Assembly (NCBI GenBank): GCA_038116945.1
Contig: JAYOEY010000002.1
Span: forward strand, 276,958-340,957
Origin: Rhodospirillales bacterium
Lineage (GTDB): Bacteria > Pseudomonadota > Alphaproteobacteria > MPNO01 > UBA2964
Direction of reading: 5' to 3'
Length of the DNA: 64,000 nucleotides
Positions 7,508 to 16,107 of the stretch are shown one piece after another; position 1 is the first letter of the stretch, and each line of letters begins with the position of its first letter. The notes under the pieces are model-generated. The model made no database searches and had not been told where the DNA came from. It was given only the letters and a program-made list of their open reading frames with translations. The position numbers and the translations under genes were made by a program.

Positions 7508-10500
7508 ATGGCGTTCCCGACACATTCGTTGCACAGGTTCCGGACGCTCGTGATTCTTGTGGCGCTCGTCAGCTGCGCCTGGATCGCCGCCTGCGTGATC
7601 TTTATTCAACGGACCATCGGGTGGGGCGAAATTTTTCAGCTTCTCCCGCACGAGATAGGCATGGTGCTGGGCGTCGTGTTGCTGCCGATCGCGCTGGTCT
7701 GGATGGTGGTCGCGTTCGCCGGCCGGGTCGATCGGCTGAAAGACGCTACCGACGCTCTGCGTCGGGACCTCGAGAGGATGACCTATCCCGCCGAGGGCGC
7801 CGAGGCGCGGGTTCAGGAAATCGCGGATTCGCTTCGGCGGCAGGCGCAGGACCTGTCGGCCGTTTCCGAGCGTGCGGTCTCCCAGGCGCAGTATCTGCAT
7901 GACGGGCTGCACCGGCAGACCGAACAGCTCGACCAGGTCGCCGCCCGGTTGTCCGAGCGCGCCAGCACCGTCCACGAGGCGGTCGAAAAGCAGATCAGCG
8001 ATCTCGATACCGTTTCCGCGACCATTCTCGGGAAACTCCAGGAAACCGGCGAGGCGTTCGAACGCCAGATCGAAGCGATGGGACCCGGCGCCGAAGCCGC
8101 CGCCGAACGGCTGCGCGGTGCAGCGGATGCGGTCCGCAACCATGCCGACACCGTCCTCGACAGTTTCGGCGAAATCACGGCCGGCATGGAAGGGGTCTCG
8201 GACACGATCCAGCAGCACAGCGATGCGGTCGCGGAGCGCTCAGGAGACGCCATTGCGCGGATCGAGGATGTCGGCGATGCGCTGCAGCGTCACGCCGACA
8301 GCCTTAATTCGGCAGCCGAAGAGGCGCTGGAGCGCGCGCGCAAGCTGGGCGATACGTTCCGTCAGCAGTCGGTAACGCTGGTCGCCGCGCTCAAACAGTC
8401 GGTCAATTCGATCGACGACGTGTCCGACAATTTCCGGCAGCGCACCGACCAGCTGATGGATGGCGCGCGAAAGACCATCGGCCAGGTGCATGAAACGGTG
8501 GAATCGTTCCGGGCGGAGTCGTCTTCTCTGGCCGATTCCGCTGACCGGACAATGGAGCGAATTCGCAGAATCGGCGAGGAAATCGGCGCGAAACGCGCTG
8601 ATTTTGCCGAGGAAGCGGAAAAACTCAGCGCCATCGCCGGCGAAAAGATCGCCGAAGCCGGCGCCCATGTGCTCTCGCAATCCGATGCCATCGCCAATGC
8701 GTCGGAGCGCGCCATCGCCAGGACCCGCGAACAGATGGCGGCCCTGTCCGAAGCGCTGGCGATGCAGTCGTCCGAAATTGCCGAGGCGCAGGCCGCCGCC
8801 GGGAAACGGGCGCAGTCCGATCTCGCGGCCCTGACGGACTCATTGCGCCGCCATGCGGAAGAAACGTCCGCGATCGCGCAGGATGCGGGCGCCCAGGCGA
8901 TCGGGAAGGTCGAAGACGTCGGCGATACGTTCCGGCGCCAGTCGCAGCGCATGACGGAGGAAATAGACCGCCTGTCCGACGTCATGACCAGCCGGGCCGA
9001 GGATCTCGGTGCGATCCTTGCGCAGCATGGCGAAGCGCTCAATCGCGCTTCGGAGGATGCCGGCGAGAACGTTCGGCTGCGTGCCGATGACGTTGCCGCG
9101 ATGCTCAAGGAGCAGCTCGCCAATTTCGAAAAGATCGCCGAGGCCGCCGCCGCCGCGGTGGCCGATCGTTCGCGCGATGTCCAGAACACGCTGCGGCGCC
9201 ATGCCGAGGAAAGCGCCGGAATCAGCAGCGAGACGGTCAACCGTACGCTGACGCGGCTCACCGAAATCAGCCAGCAGCTTCGTCTTGAGAGCGAAGCGCT
9301 GAGCACAATGTCGTCCGATGTCGCCGAAACCGTAGCGCAGCGCATCGCCACCATGGATGAGGCCGTCAGGTCCGAATGCGACCGGGTCGTGGAGGTTACC
9401 AACAGGGCGGTTCAGGCCGTTCTCGACAAATCGGAAGAGGTATCGGAAGCGGTCCGGCGCCAGACGGACGAATTCGCGGCGGCGTCCGAAAAAACCGCGT
9501 CCCAGGCGGCAGCGCGGGTGCGCGTCATCGGCGCCGCGCTGGTCAAGCAGTCCGCCGATCTGGATGAGGTGTCGGAACGCGCCGCGTCCCGCGGGCAGGA
9601 AATCGGGGAGCTGCTCGGCCGCCGTGCAGCCGATCTGTCGACTGCTGTCGACAGCGCGATGCAGCGCACCTCGGCGGTCAGCACGGTTTTTTCGGAACAG
9701 TCCGAGAAGCTGATCAACGCCTCCGAACTGGCCGCCGGCCGGGCCGACCGCGTTCAGGCGCTGCTGACCGACCAGGCCGAGTCGCTCGACCGTGTCGCCG
9801 GACAGATCGCGCGCCGGGCGGAAGAAATCGGACGCGTCGCTGCGGCCGAGCTGCAAAGGCTGACGACCTTCGGCCTGCGCGCCGTCGAGCAGGCGGAAAC
9901 GGCCGGCAAGTCTGTGGAGCAACGCCGGGTGGAGATGGAGGCGGCGTCGAAGGACACCATCGAAAACCTGACGACGGTGGGCAACGCGCTTCAGTCGCAG
10001 TCGCGCCAGATGGTCGAGGCGGCGACGCGTTCAGCGCAGCAGGTCGCCGGTGTCATCACCGCGCTCAAGGATGAAGCCGGTGCGCTCAGCACCTCGGGCG
10101 CCGTGGCCGAGGAGAGAGTGGAGTCAATCGGCCGCGTGTTCCGCCAGCAGGCGCAGGAGCTGGCGGCGGCTTCCGAACAGGCGGCGCGCCAGGTCGAATC
10201 GGTGCGACAGACCCTGCAGCGCCATTCCGGCGAAATGACCGGAACGCTGGACCGCGCCGCGCAGCAGGCGGCGCAGATCGGCGCCGTGTTCGGCGAACAG
10301 GCGGCGGCGCTGATCCGTGCAGCGGAAGACGCGGAGACCCAGTCCCGCCTCGTGCGGCAGAATTCTCTCGATTCCCGGCGCGACATGTTCCTGCGGGCGT
10401 CGCGATTCGTGATCGAAGAACTTAATTCGACGGCCATCGACCTCAATCGCATTCTGGATGCACCCGGTTCGGAACGGCTGTGGTCGCGGCTCGCGAAGGG

Positions 10501-10750
10501 CGAGAGGGGCGTGTTCGTTCGGTCGATGTTGCAGGATGACGCCAAGCATGCGCGCGACATCATCCGCACCCGGTTTGCCGACGACGAGGATTTTCGTAAA
10601 TACACCCAGCAATATCTCGATCAGTTCGAACGGTTGCTGAATGAAGCCAACGAGAGCGATCCGGAAAACCTGCTGAGCTCGACCTTCCTGTCCGCCGATA
10701 TCGGCAAGCTCTATTTGCTGCTCGCGCGGTCCGTCGGCCGGCTTAACTGA
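7508..10750 (+). CDS. Large (1080 aa) membrane-anchored coiled-coil repeat protein with two N-terminal TM helices; function unknown
   Basis: The ATG at 7508 is preceded by AAGGAAG. The N-terminus has two hydrophobic helices (LVILVALVSCAWIAACVIFI and IGMVLGVVLLPIALVWMVVAF). About 950 aa follow with recurring modules such as SLRRQAQDLSAVSE, ALQRHADSLNSAAE, SLRRHAEETSAIAQ, TLRRHAEESAGISS, VRRQTDEFAAASE and FRQQAQELAAASE. There is a distinct non-repetitive C-terminal domain. Confidence 0.8.
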   Translation: MAFPTHSLHRFRTLVILVALVSCAWIAACVIFIQRTIGWGEIFQLLPHEIGMVLGVVLLPIALVWMVVAFAGRVDRLKDATDALRRDLERMTYPAEGAEARVQEIADSLRRQAQDLSAVSERAVSQAQYLHDGLHRQTEQLDQVAARLSERASTVHEAVEKQISDLDTVSATILGKLQETGEAFERQIEAMGPGAEAAAERLRGAADAVRNHADTVLDSFGEITAGMEGVSDTIQQHSDAVAERSGDAIARIEDVGDALQRHADSLNSAAEEALERARKLGDTFRQQSVTLVAALKQSVNSIDDVSDNFRQRTDQLMDGARKTIGQVHETVESFRAESSSLADSADRTMERIRRIGEEIGAKRADFAEEAEKLSAIAGEKIAEAGAHVLSQSDAIANASERAIARTREQMAALSEALAMQSSEIAEAQAAAGKRAQSDLAALTDSLRRHAEETSAIAQDAGAQAIGKVEDVGDTFRRQSQRMTEEIDRLSDVMTSRAEDLGAILAQHGEALNRASEDAGENVRLRADDVAAMLKEQLANFEKIAEAAAAAVADRSRDVQNTLRRHAEESAGISSETVNRTLTRLTEISQQLRLESEALSTMSSDVAETVAQRIATMDEAVRSECDRVVEVTNRAVQAVLDKSEEVSEAVRRQTDEFAAASEKTASQAAARVRVIGAALVKQSADLDEVSERAASRGQEIGELLGRRAADLSTAVDSAMQRTSAVSTVFSEQSEKLINASELAAGRADRVQALLTDQAESLDRVAGQIARRAEEIGRVAAAELQRLTTFGLRAVEQAETAGKSVEQRRVEMEAASKDTIENLTTVGNALQSQSRQMVEAATRSAQQVAGVITALKDEAGALSTSGAVAEERVESIGRVFRQQAQELAAASEQAARQVESVRQTLQRHSGEMTGTLDRAAQQAAQIGAVFGEQAAALIRAAEDAETQSRLVRQNSLDSRRDMFLRASRFVIEELNSTAIDLNRILDAPGSERLWSRLAKGERGVFVRSMLQDDAKHARDIIRTRFADDEDFRKYTQQYLDQFERLLNEANESDPENLLSSTFLSADIGKLYLLLARSVGRLN

Positions 10751-10781
10751 CACGCCACGTTCCACTGGTCGCAGATCCAAC

Positions 10782-11963
10782 GTGTACGCGCTCCTGCTGA
10801 CCGTCTTTATCGATACCGTCGGGTTTGGCATCGTGCTGCCGCTGCTGCCCTATTACGCCGATCAATATGGCGCGGCGCCGGCTCTGATACCGCTTCTGGC
10901 GACGGTCTATTCCCTGACCCAGTTTCTGTTCGGGCCGTTCTGGGGACGGCTGAGCGACAGGATCGGTCGGAGGCCCGTCATTCTCGTGACGCTGGCGGGC
11001 ATCGTCGCCGGCTATCTGTGGCTGGCGGCTGCAGGCTCTCTCCTGATGCTGCTTCTTGCCCGTGCCTTTACCGGCGCGATGGCGTCGAATGGCGGCGTAC
11101 TTCATGCTTATGTTGCCGACGTAACCCCGGCGCAGGACCGTGCGAAGGGCATGGGCCGGATGGGTGCCGCGCACGGGCTGGGCTTCGTCATGGGACCGGC
11201 CCTGGGCGGTCTGCTGGCCGGCAACGACCCGGCCAATCCGAACCTGCAATTGCCGTTTCTGGTCGCCGCAGGACTTTCCTTTCTGGCTCTGGCGCTAGCC
11301 TGGTTTCAGGTGCGCGAGTCGGTATCCGACGACACCAGGCGCGCCGCGCGGGAAAATACCGATGGACGGATTGCCGCCTTCCGCGAGGCGATAAGCCGTC
11401 CCCAGCTCGGGCTTCTGATGCTTGTCCTGATGATGACGCCCTTCGTCTTCGCGGGCGTCGAATCCGTTTTCGTCGTCTGGTCGAAGCACACGCTCGGCTG
11501 GGGAGCGACGGAGAACGGCTGGATCTATGCATTCATGGGCGTGGTTGCCGTGGGCATTCAGATGTTTGCGGTAGGCGCGCTCGCCCGCTGGATCGGCGAA
11601 CATCGCGCGGTCCGGCTCGGCGCGGCGATGATTGGGGTCGGCGTCGTGATCCTGCCCTTCATGACCGGCTATGTCGGACTGTGCGCGGCTTTCCTTCTGA
11701 TCGTCGGCGGCGTCTGCATCAACAACCCGTCGCTCAGCAGCATCGTGTCGCAGCGCGTGCACCCCCACGAACGCGGCAGGATTCTGGGAATCTGCCAGTC
11801 CTGTTCGGCCTTTGCGCGCATTATCGGCCCGGTCTGGGTCGGTATCGCCTGGGGCGCGCTGGGGCCGAGCTGGCCGTTTCTGTCGGGTGCGCTGGTCATG
11901 GCGCTGATGTTCGTGCTGGCGCTCAGGATCGAACCGGTCGCGAATGCGGTCCACAAGGCTTGA
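10782..11963 (+). CDS. MFS transporter (drug:H+ antiporter/TetA-like, 12 TM)
   Basis: It uses a GTG start. It has the MFS signature GRLSDRIGRRPV between TM2 and TM3 and multiple hydrophobic segments. Confidence 0.8.
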   Translation: MYALLLTVFIDTVGFGIVLPLLPYYADQYGAAPALIPLLATVYSLTQFLFGPFWGRLSDRIGRRPVILVTLAGIVAGYLWLAAAGSLLMLLLARAFTGAMASNGGVLHAYVADVTPAQDRAKGMGRMGAAHGLGFVMGPALGGLLAGNDPANPNLQLPFLVAAGLSFLALALAWFQVRESVSDDTRRAARENTDGRIAAFREAISRPQLGLLMLVLMMTPFVFAGVESVFVVWSKHTLGWGATENGWIYAFMGVVAVGIQMFAVGALARWIGEHRAVRLGAAMIGVGVVILPFMTGYVGLCAAFLLIVGGVCINNPSLSSIVSQRVHPHERGRILGICQSCSAFARIIGPVWVGIAWGALGPSWPFLSGALVMALMFVLALRIEPVANAVHKA

Positions 11964-12036
11964 CGGCGGGCGGCTGGACGATTAAAAAGCCCGCTCTTTG
12001 GGGCTTTCCATAGCTTTTGACCAGACGGGTATCGAT

Positions 12037-12336
12037 ATGTCTCGGCGCTGTTCCATCACCGGCAAGGGCGTTCTCGCCGGCAACAACGTTAGCCACGCGC
12101 ACAACAAGACGCGGCGGCGCTTTCTGCCCAACGTGCAGAACACCTCCATGCTGTCCGATGCGCTGCGCCAGCCGGTGCGGCTGAAACTGTCGACCCGCGC
12201 GATCCGCACGGTGGAGAAGAACGGCGGCATCGACGCCTACCTGCTGTCGACCTCCGACGCCAAGCTGACGGAAGAAGCGGTCAAGCTGAAGCGCCGCATC
12301 AAGAAGGCGCAGCAGGCAGCCGACAGCGCTTCCTAA
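12037..12336 (+). CDS. rpmB: 50S ribosomal protein L28
   Basis: [34 protein letters not shown] is the canonical L28 N-terminus. The ORF-track start at 11998 is an upstream extension. Confidence 0.9.
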   Translation: MSRRCSITGKGVLAGNNVSHAHNKTRRRFLPNVQNTSMLSDALRQPVRLKLSTRAIRTVEKNGGIDAYLLSTSDAKLTEEAVKLKRRIKKAQQAADSAS

Positions 12337-12953
12337 ACCTTTTCCGATTTCAGGGTTCTTAGTTCGTCGCAGCGGATCAGCGTCGAATAGGCTTGGTTGA
12401 TCACTTTAAGCCGTTCTTCCGCATTGCGGTCGCCGCCATTGGCGTCCGGATGGTGGCGCTTGACCAGCTCCTTGTATCGTTCCTTGACTGAGTCGAGCGT
12501 GGTCGGCGCTTCGAGGTCCAGCGTGGCGAGCGCCTTGGCTTCCGGCGATTCGGGCCGTGGGCGCCAGCCGTTCCGCTCCGCCCCGTCCGGGGCGACGGGC
12601 CGGGCCTGGTCCCAGCTGTCCGGCCCGAAGGCGCCGAAATGAACGCCCGGGCCGTTTCGATAGGCCCTGACGGCAGCGCCCAGCGCGCCCATCGGCCAGG
12701 TCGGGCGTTGCCAGGTGGTGTCGAACCGGATCTGCCGCTCGACCTCCTCTTCGTTCATGCCGGCGTAATAGTTCCACTGCTTGTTGTAGGCCCGCACGTG
12801 GTCGAGGCAGAACCAGTAATAGCTGTCGAGGCTGCGCGTTTTGGGCGCCCGGTGTTCGCCCTCTTCGAGGCATCCCGGCGCATCGCACAGGCGGACGCCG
12901 TCGCGCTCTTTCGGCGCGCCGAGAATTTCGAAAACGGCGTTCTTGCGCTTCAT
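12333..12953 (-). CDS. J-domain protein with C-terminal DnaJ domain and N-terminal Cys/His-rich (zinc-finger-like) region
   Basis: The C-terminal J-domain has the HPD motif ([20 protein letters not shown]…[11 protein letters not shown]). The N-terminus carries CDAPGC…C…H…H. It is convergent with rpmB and overlaps it by 4 nt. Confidence 0.7.
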   Translation of the reverse strand: MKRKNAVFEILGAPKERDGVRLCDAPGCLEEGEHRAPKTRSLDSYYWFCLDHVRAYNKQWNYYAGMNEEEVERQIRFDTTWQRPTWPMGALGAAVRAYRNGPGVHFGAFGPDSWDQARPVAPDGAERNGWRPRPESPEAKALATLDLEAPTTLDSVKERYKELVKRHHPDANGGDRNAEERLKVINQAYSTLIRCDELRTLKSEKV

Positions 12954-12978
12954 GCGGATATCATGGCCGGTCGGGACG

Positions 12979-13533
12979 TCAGCTTCCAGTATAGAGATGC
13001 GGCCAGCGCTCCTTCACGACCGGCCCGTCGCTCGCCATGGTATGGCAGGTGTCGATCTGATACGGGGCGTTGTCGGCGCGTTCGGCGGCTGCGCGATCCA
13101 GCTTGCCCGCCTCGCGCTTGACCGTTTTGAACCCGATCGTGCCGACCGGACGCAGCAGATCCACCATATGGATGCAGCCCTGCGCGCCGCCCAGAAGGTC
13201 CCTGATCTTGCGGTTCCAGCCCGGCCCGATGCGCACGCCTTTCAGCTTCTGGAAAGCGGCCTCGATGGCCGGGCAGACGGCGTAGGGAGTCGCATCCATG
13301 GCCGCGCCGACTTCGGTGATTTCGACATTTTCGTCGAGCGTGAGACGGATATTCATGTCGTGGATCGGTTCGTCCGGCGCGATCTCGCCCCTGAATTTAT
13401 TGGGAATGGCGAAGGCCGCCGTATCGACCAGCCGTCCCTCGACATCCCACTGCCCGTCGCTTCGCCGATAGCTCGACACTTCGATGCGGCGGGTCTGGAT
13501 CAGTTCGCGCTCAGCAGCCTGCGGCAGGGGCAT
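12979..13533 (-). CDS. DUF2889-family protein
   Basis: The length and conserved pattern (…GCIHMVDLLRP…) recall the DUF2889 family. It is a clean ORF. Confidence 0.5.
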   Translation of the reverse strand: MPLPQAAERELIQTRRIEVSSYRRSDGQWDVEGRLVDTAAFAIPNKFRGEIAPDEPIHDMNIRLTLDENVEITEVGAAMDATPYAVCPAIEAAFQKLKGVRIGPGWNRKIRDLLGGAQGCIHMVDLLRPVGTIGFKTVKREAGKLDRAAAERADNAPYQIDTCHTMASDGPVVKERWPHLYTGS

Positions 13534-13620
13534 GTCGGTTTTCTCCTAGTGATGGCCGTTCGGTCCGATGTGCATTTTAGAGGATCGCGGCACGACGCCC
13601 ATCATGAAAAACCGGGATTG

Positions 13621-14202
13621 CTATTGCCTTAATCCGAGCCCCCTGAGCGCCTCGCGGAACTCTTCCCGGATTTTGGGGCCGTGCATCAGGCCATAGTCCT
13701 TGGGGTACGATTCGCCGGGCACGAATTTCAGATCGACGAATACCGGTCCTTCTTCCTGCAGCACGCTGCCGATGCCGGTTCTGAAATCGTCCAGCTCGGA
13801 AAACGTATGGGTCTGGGCGTAGCCTGCCGCCTTCGCCATGCCGGCGAAATCGACCCGGTCCTGCGCCGGGATCGGGTGGCCGCCATTGGCTTCGTAGGTG
13901 CCGTTCTCGCACACGCAATGGATCAGGTTCTTCGGCGCCGCCTCGGCGATGGTGACGAGCGAGCCAAGGCTCATCAGCAGGCTCCCGTCGCCGTCCAGCA
14001 CGATGATCCGCCGGTCCGGCCAGGCCAGCGCGAAGCCAAGCCCGTGCGGCCCTGTCAGCCCCATCGCGCCGGACGAAATGAAGTTCAGTGGGCTCGGCCG
14101 GATGCCCAGCCAGTCGAAGGCGGTGGTGTAGGCCGCCACCACGATCTGGTCTTCGGCGATCTCGCCGGCCAGGACTTTCAGACAGTCGTCGCGTTTCATC
14201 AT
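13621..14202 (-). CDS. TPP-dependent decarboxylase, beta subunit (sulfopyruvate/phosphonopyruvate decarboxylase ComE-like; TPP-binding C-terminal domain)
   Basis: It has the TPP-binding motif GAMGLTGP…VLDGDGSLLMSLGSL…NGTYEANGG and overlaps the alpha subunit by ATGA. Confidence 0.7.
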   Translation of the reverse strand: MMKRDDCLKVLAGEIAEDQIVVAAYTTAFDWLGIRPSPLNFISSGAMGLTGPHGLGFALAWPDRRIIVLDGDGSLLMSLGSLVTIAEAAPKNLIHCVCENGTYEANGGHPIPAQDRVDFAGMAKAAGYAQTHTFSELDDFRTGIGSVLQEEGPVFVDLKFVPGESYPKDYGLMHGPKIREEFREALRGLGLRQ

Positions 14203-14741
14203 GGCGCTATCGGCATCCTGCCTATCAGCATCACGACCGGGCGCGATGTTTCGTAGGCCTTATCGATTGCGGGAACGATCTTCGGAATGTCGTCGTCGGA
14301 TTCGATCAGCATGTGGTCCACGCCCATCACGTCGAGGATCGGCTCGATGATGCGGAGCCCGTAATGCTTCGACGCGGTGGGGCCGACGCCGGGTTCCTTG
14401 CTGAGGAGCCCGACCATCATGCAGATCGGCATTTCGTACTCGACCGCGACGCCCCGCACCGCATTGATCGAATCCAGCAGCCCCGTGTACTGGAACAGGG
14501 CCAGCGCCCGCTGGTCGGCATAGGACAGCGCCGCGCAGATGGCGATGGTCTCGTCTTCCTCGCTGACCCTTACATGGCGCAGCTCCTGATCGGCGGCGAT
14601 CGGGCGCAGCAGGCCTGCGGCGGTGGTCCGGTCGGGCACCGTCACCACCGTGCCGATACCGGCCTGCTTGATCGCGGCGATAATTTTCGCGCCGTGCAGC
14701 TTTGCATCGACCGGCGCGATCAGTTCGGTTGCGTCGTTCAT
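14199..14741 (-). CDS. TPP-dependent decarboxylase, alpha subunit (ComD-like; TPP pyrimidine-binding N-terminal domain)
   Basis: It is about 180 aa with a TPP_enzyme_N-like pattern and is coupled to the beta subunit. Confidence 0.7.
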   Translation of the reverse strand: MNDATELIAPVDAKLHGAKIIAAIKQAGIGTVVTVPDRTTAAGLLRPIAADQELRHVRVSEEDETIAICAALSYADQRALALFQYTGLLDSINAVRGVAVEYEMPICMMVGLLSKEPGVGPTASKHYGLRIIEPILDVMGVDHMLIESDDDIPKIVPAIDKAYETSRPVVMLIGRMPIAP

Positions 14742-14752
14742 CGCATGAGTCC

Positions 14753-15241
14753 TCAGCCGATCGGATCCATCCCGTCGGGCATCTTCGCATGGATCAGGAT
14801 AAAGGCGACGATGCAGTCCTCCGGCCCCGGGTTGATCCAGTTATGCATGGTGGCGCGCTGGACGACGATGTCTCCGGCGCTCAGATGGACCGTCTCGCCA
14901 TCGTCGAGCTCCATGTCGAGCCTGCCCGACAGGATGATCGCATAATCGATGCTGGCGGTGCGGTGGACCCGCGGGGCCACGCCCGGTTCGAACCGGCTGA
15001 TCCGGCATACGCTGCCGTTTTCCACCGTGGTCTGCTGCACGTCGGCCGAGATGTCGTTGAGCGGGCCCATGTCGGGAACCAGCTCGTCGGTCGCCCAGAT
15101 CACGGTCGAGGTCTGCCCCGGTCTCTTCGAGATCACGTTTTTCGAGATCTCGTCGATCAGGACGGTCGCCTTGCCGTCATCCGTGTGACCCGTCACGATC
15201 CTGCGGATATTGAATTCCTTCGCCATGCCCGTTCCCTTCAA
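14753..15241 (-). CDS. Cupin-domain protein
   Basis: It has a cupin beta-barrel pattern (…G.T.H.H….G….G…). The ATGA overlap with the upstream FAH gene supports the start at 15241; an alternative ATG lies at 15226. Confidence 0.6.
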   Translation of the reverse strand: MKGTGMAKEFNIRRIVTGHTDDGKATVLIDEISKNVISKRPGQTSTVIWATDELVPDMGPLNDISADVQQTTVENGSVCRISRFEPGVAPRVHRTASIDYAIILSGRLDMELDDGETVHLSAGDIVVQRATMHNWINPGPEDCIVAFILIHAKMPDGMDPIG

Positions 15242-16104
15242 AAAGCGTTTTCATCCGATTCGTCGACGACCGGATTGCCGAGAATACCGATACCGGTGAT
15301 TTCCATTTCGAGCAAATCCCCGGGTTCCAGATAGCGCGGCGGGTCGCGCCGGTGTCCGACGCCGGCCGGCGTACCGGTCGCGATCATGTCGCCCGGCTTG
15401 AGCACCGTCTGGTGCGAAAAATAGGATACCAGCATGGGCACATCGGCGATCAGCCTGTCGACCGTCGAGTGCTGCATGATTTCGCCGTTGATGCGGGTTT
15501 CGACCACCGTGTCCGGCCACGGCGCGGCTTCGTCCTTCGTCACCATGCAGGGGCCGCAGGCCCCGGTGCGCCAGAAGTTCTTGCCCTGAAAGACGCTGCG
15601 CTCGTACTGGTATTCGCGGATCGTGCCATCATTCAGGATGGTGTAACCGGCGACGTGATCCATTGCCTCGGAGAGGTCGACGCGGTGCGCGGTCTTGCCG
15701 ATCACCACCGTGTATTCGACCTCGAAATCCAGCGTCTCGGAAACGCTCGGCCGCACCAGATTCTGCCGGTGGCCGACGAGAGACTCGCGAAATTTCGCAA
15801 AGGCGCTGGGATACTGCTCGCCCGTGCGGCCGGTTTCCGCCCGATGGTCGTGATAATTTACGCCGACGCAGAAGATATTTACCGCCTCCGCCGTCAACGG
15901 CAGAAATTCGACCGAGTCGGACGTAAAATCCGCAGCCTGCCCGTCGGTTTCCCGCCGCGCCAGATTCAGCGCGTCTCCCGCCAGCAAGGTTACAAGCGTC
16001 GGATAGCGGTCGCCGAGGCGGGCGGTCAGGTCGGCTATGCCGCCATCGTCGCGCAGGACGCCATAGCCGTCGGTTCCGCTTCGACGGTAGCTGCACAGTT
16101 TCAC
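15238..16104 (-). CDS. Fumarylacetoacetate hydrolase (FAH)-family protein (2-keto-4-pentenoate hydratase / oxaloacetate decarboxylase-like)
   Basis: It shows FAH-family motifs (…NYHDHRAE…, …EVEYTVVIGK…, GTPAGVG). Its start lies 3 nt after the corC stop. Confidence 0.75.
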   Translation of the reverse strand: MKLCSYRRSGTDGYGVLRDDGGIADLTARLGDRYPTLVTLLAGDALNLARRETDGQAADFTSDSVEFLPLTAEAVNIFCVGVNYHDHRAETGRTGEQYPSAFAKFRESLVGHRQNLVRPSVSETLDFEVEYTVVIGKTAHRVDLSEAMDHVAGYTILNDGTIREYQYERSVFQGKNFWRTGACGPCMVTKDEAAPWPDTVVETRINGEIMQHSTVDRLIADVPMLVSYFSHQTVLKPGDMIATGTPAGVGHRRDPPRYLEPGDLLEMEITGIGILGNPVVDESDENAF

Positions 16105-16107
16105 GGG

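Noticed and set aside
7472-9922. Several long minus-strand ORFs (7472-8218, 8362-9402, 8840-9922, 9991-10605, 10124-10831) inside the giant coiled-coil gene
   Set aside because: They are mutually overlapping antisense frames with Ser/Ala/Arg-rich translations. The sense frame is continuous for 3.2 kb with strong repeat structure and a proper RBS.
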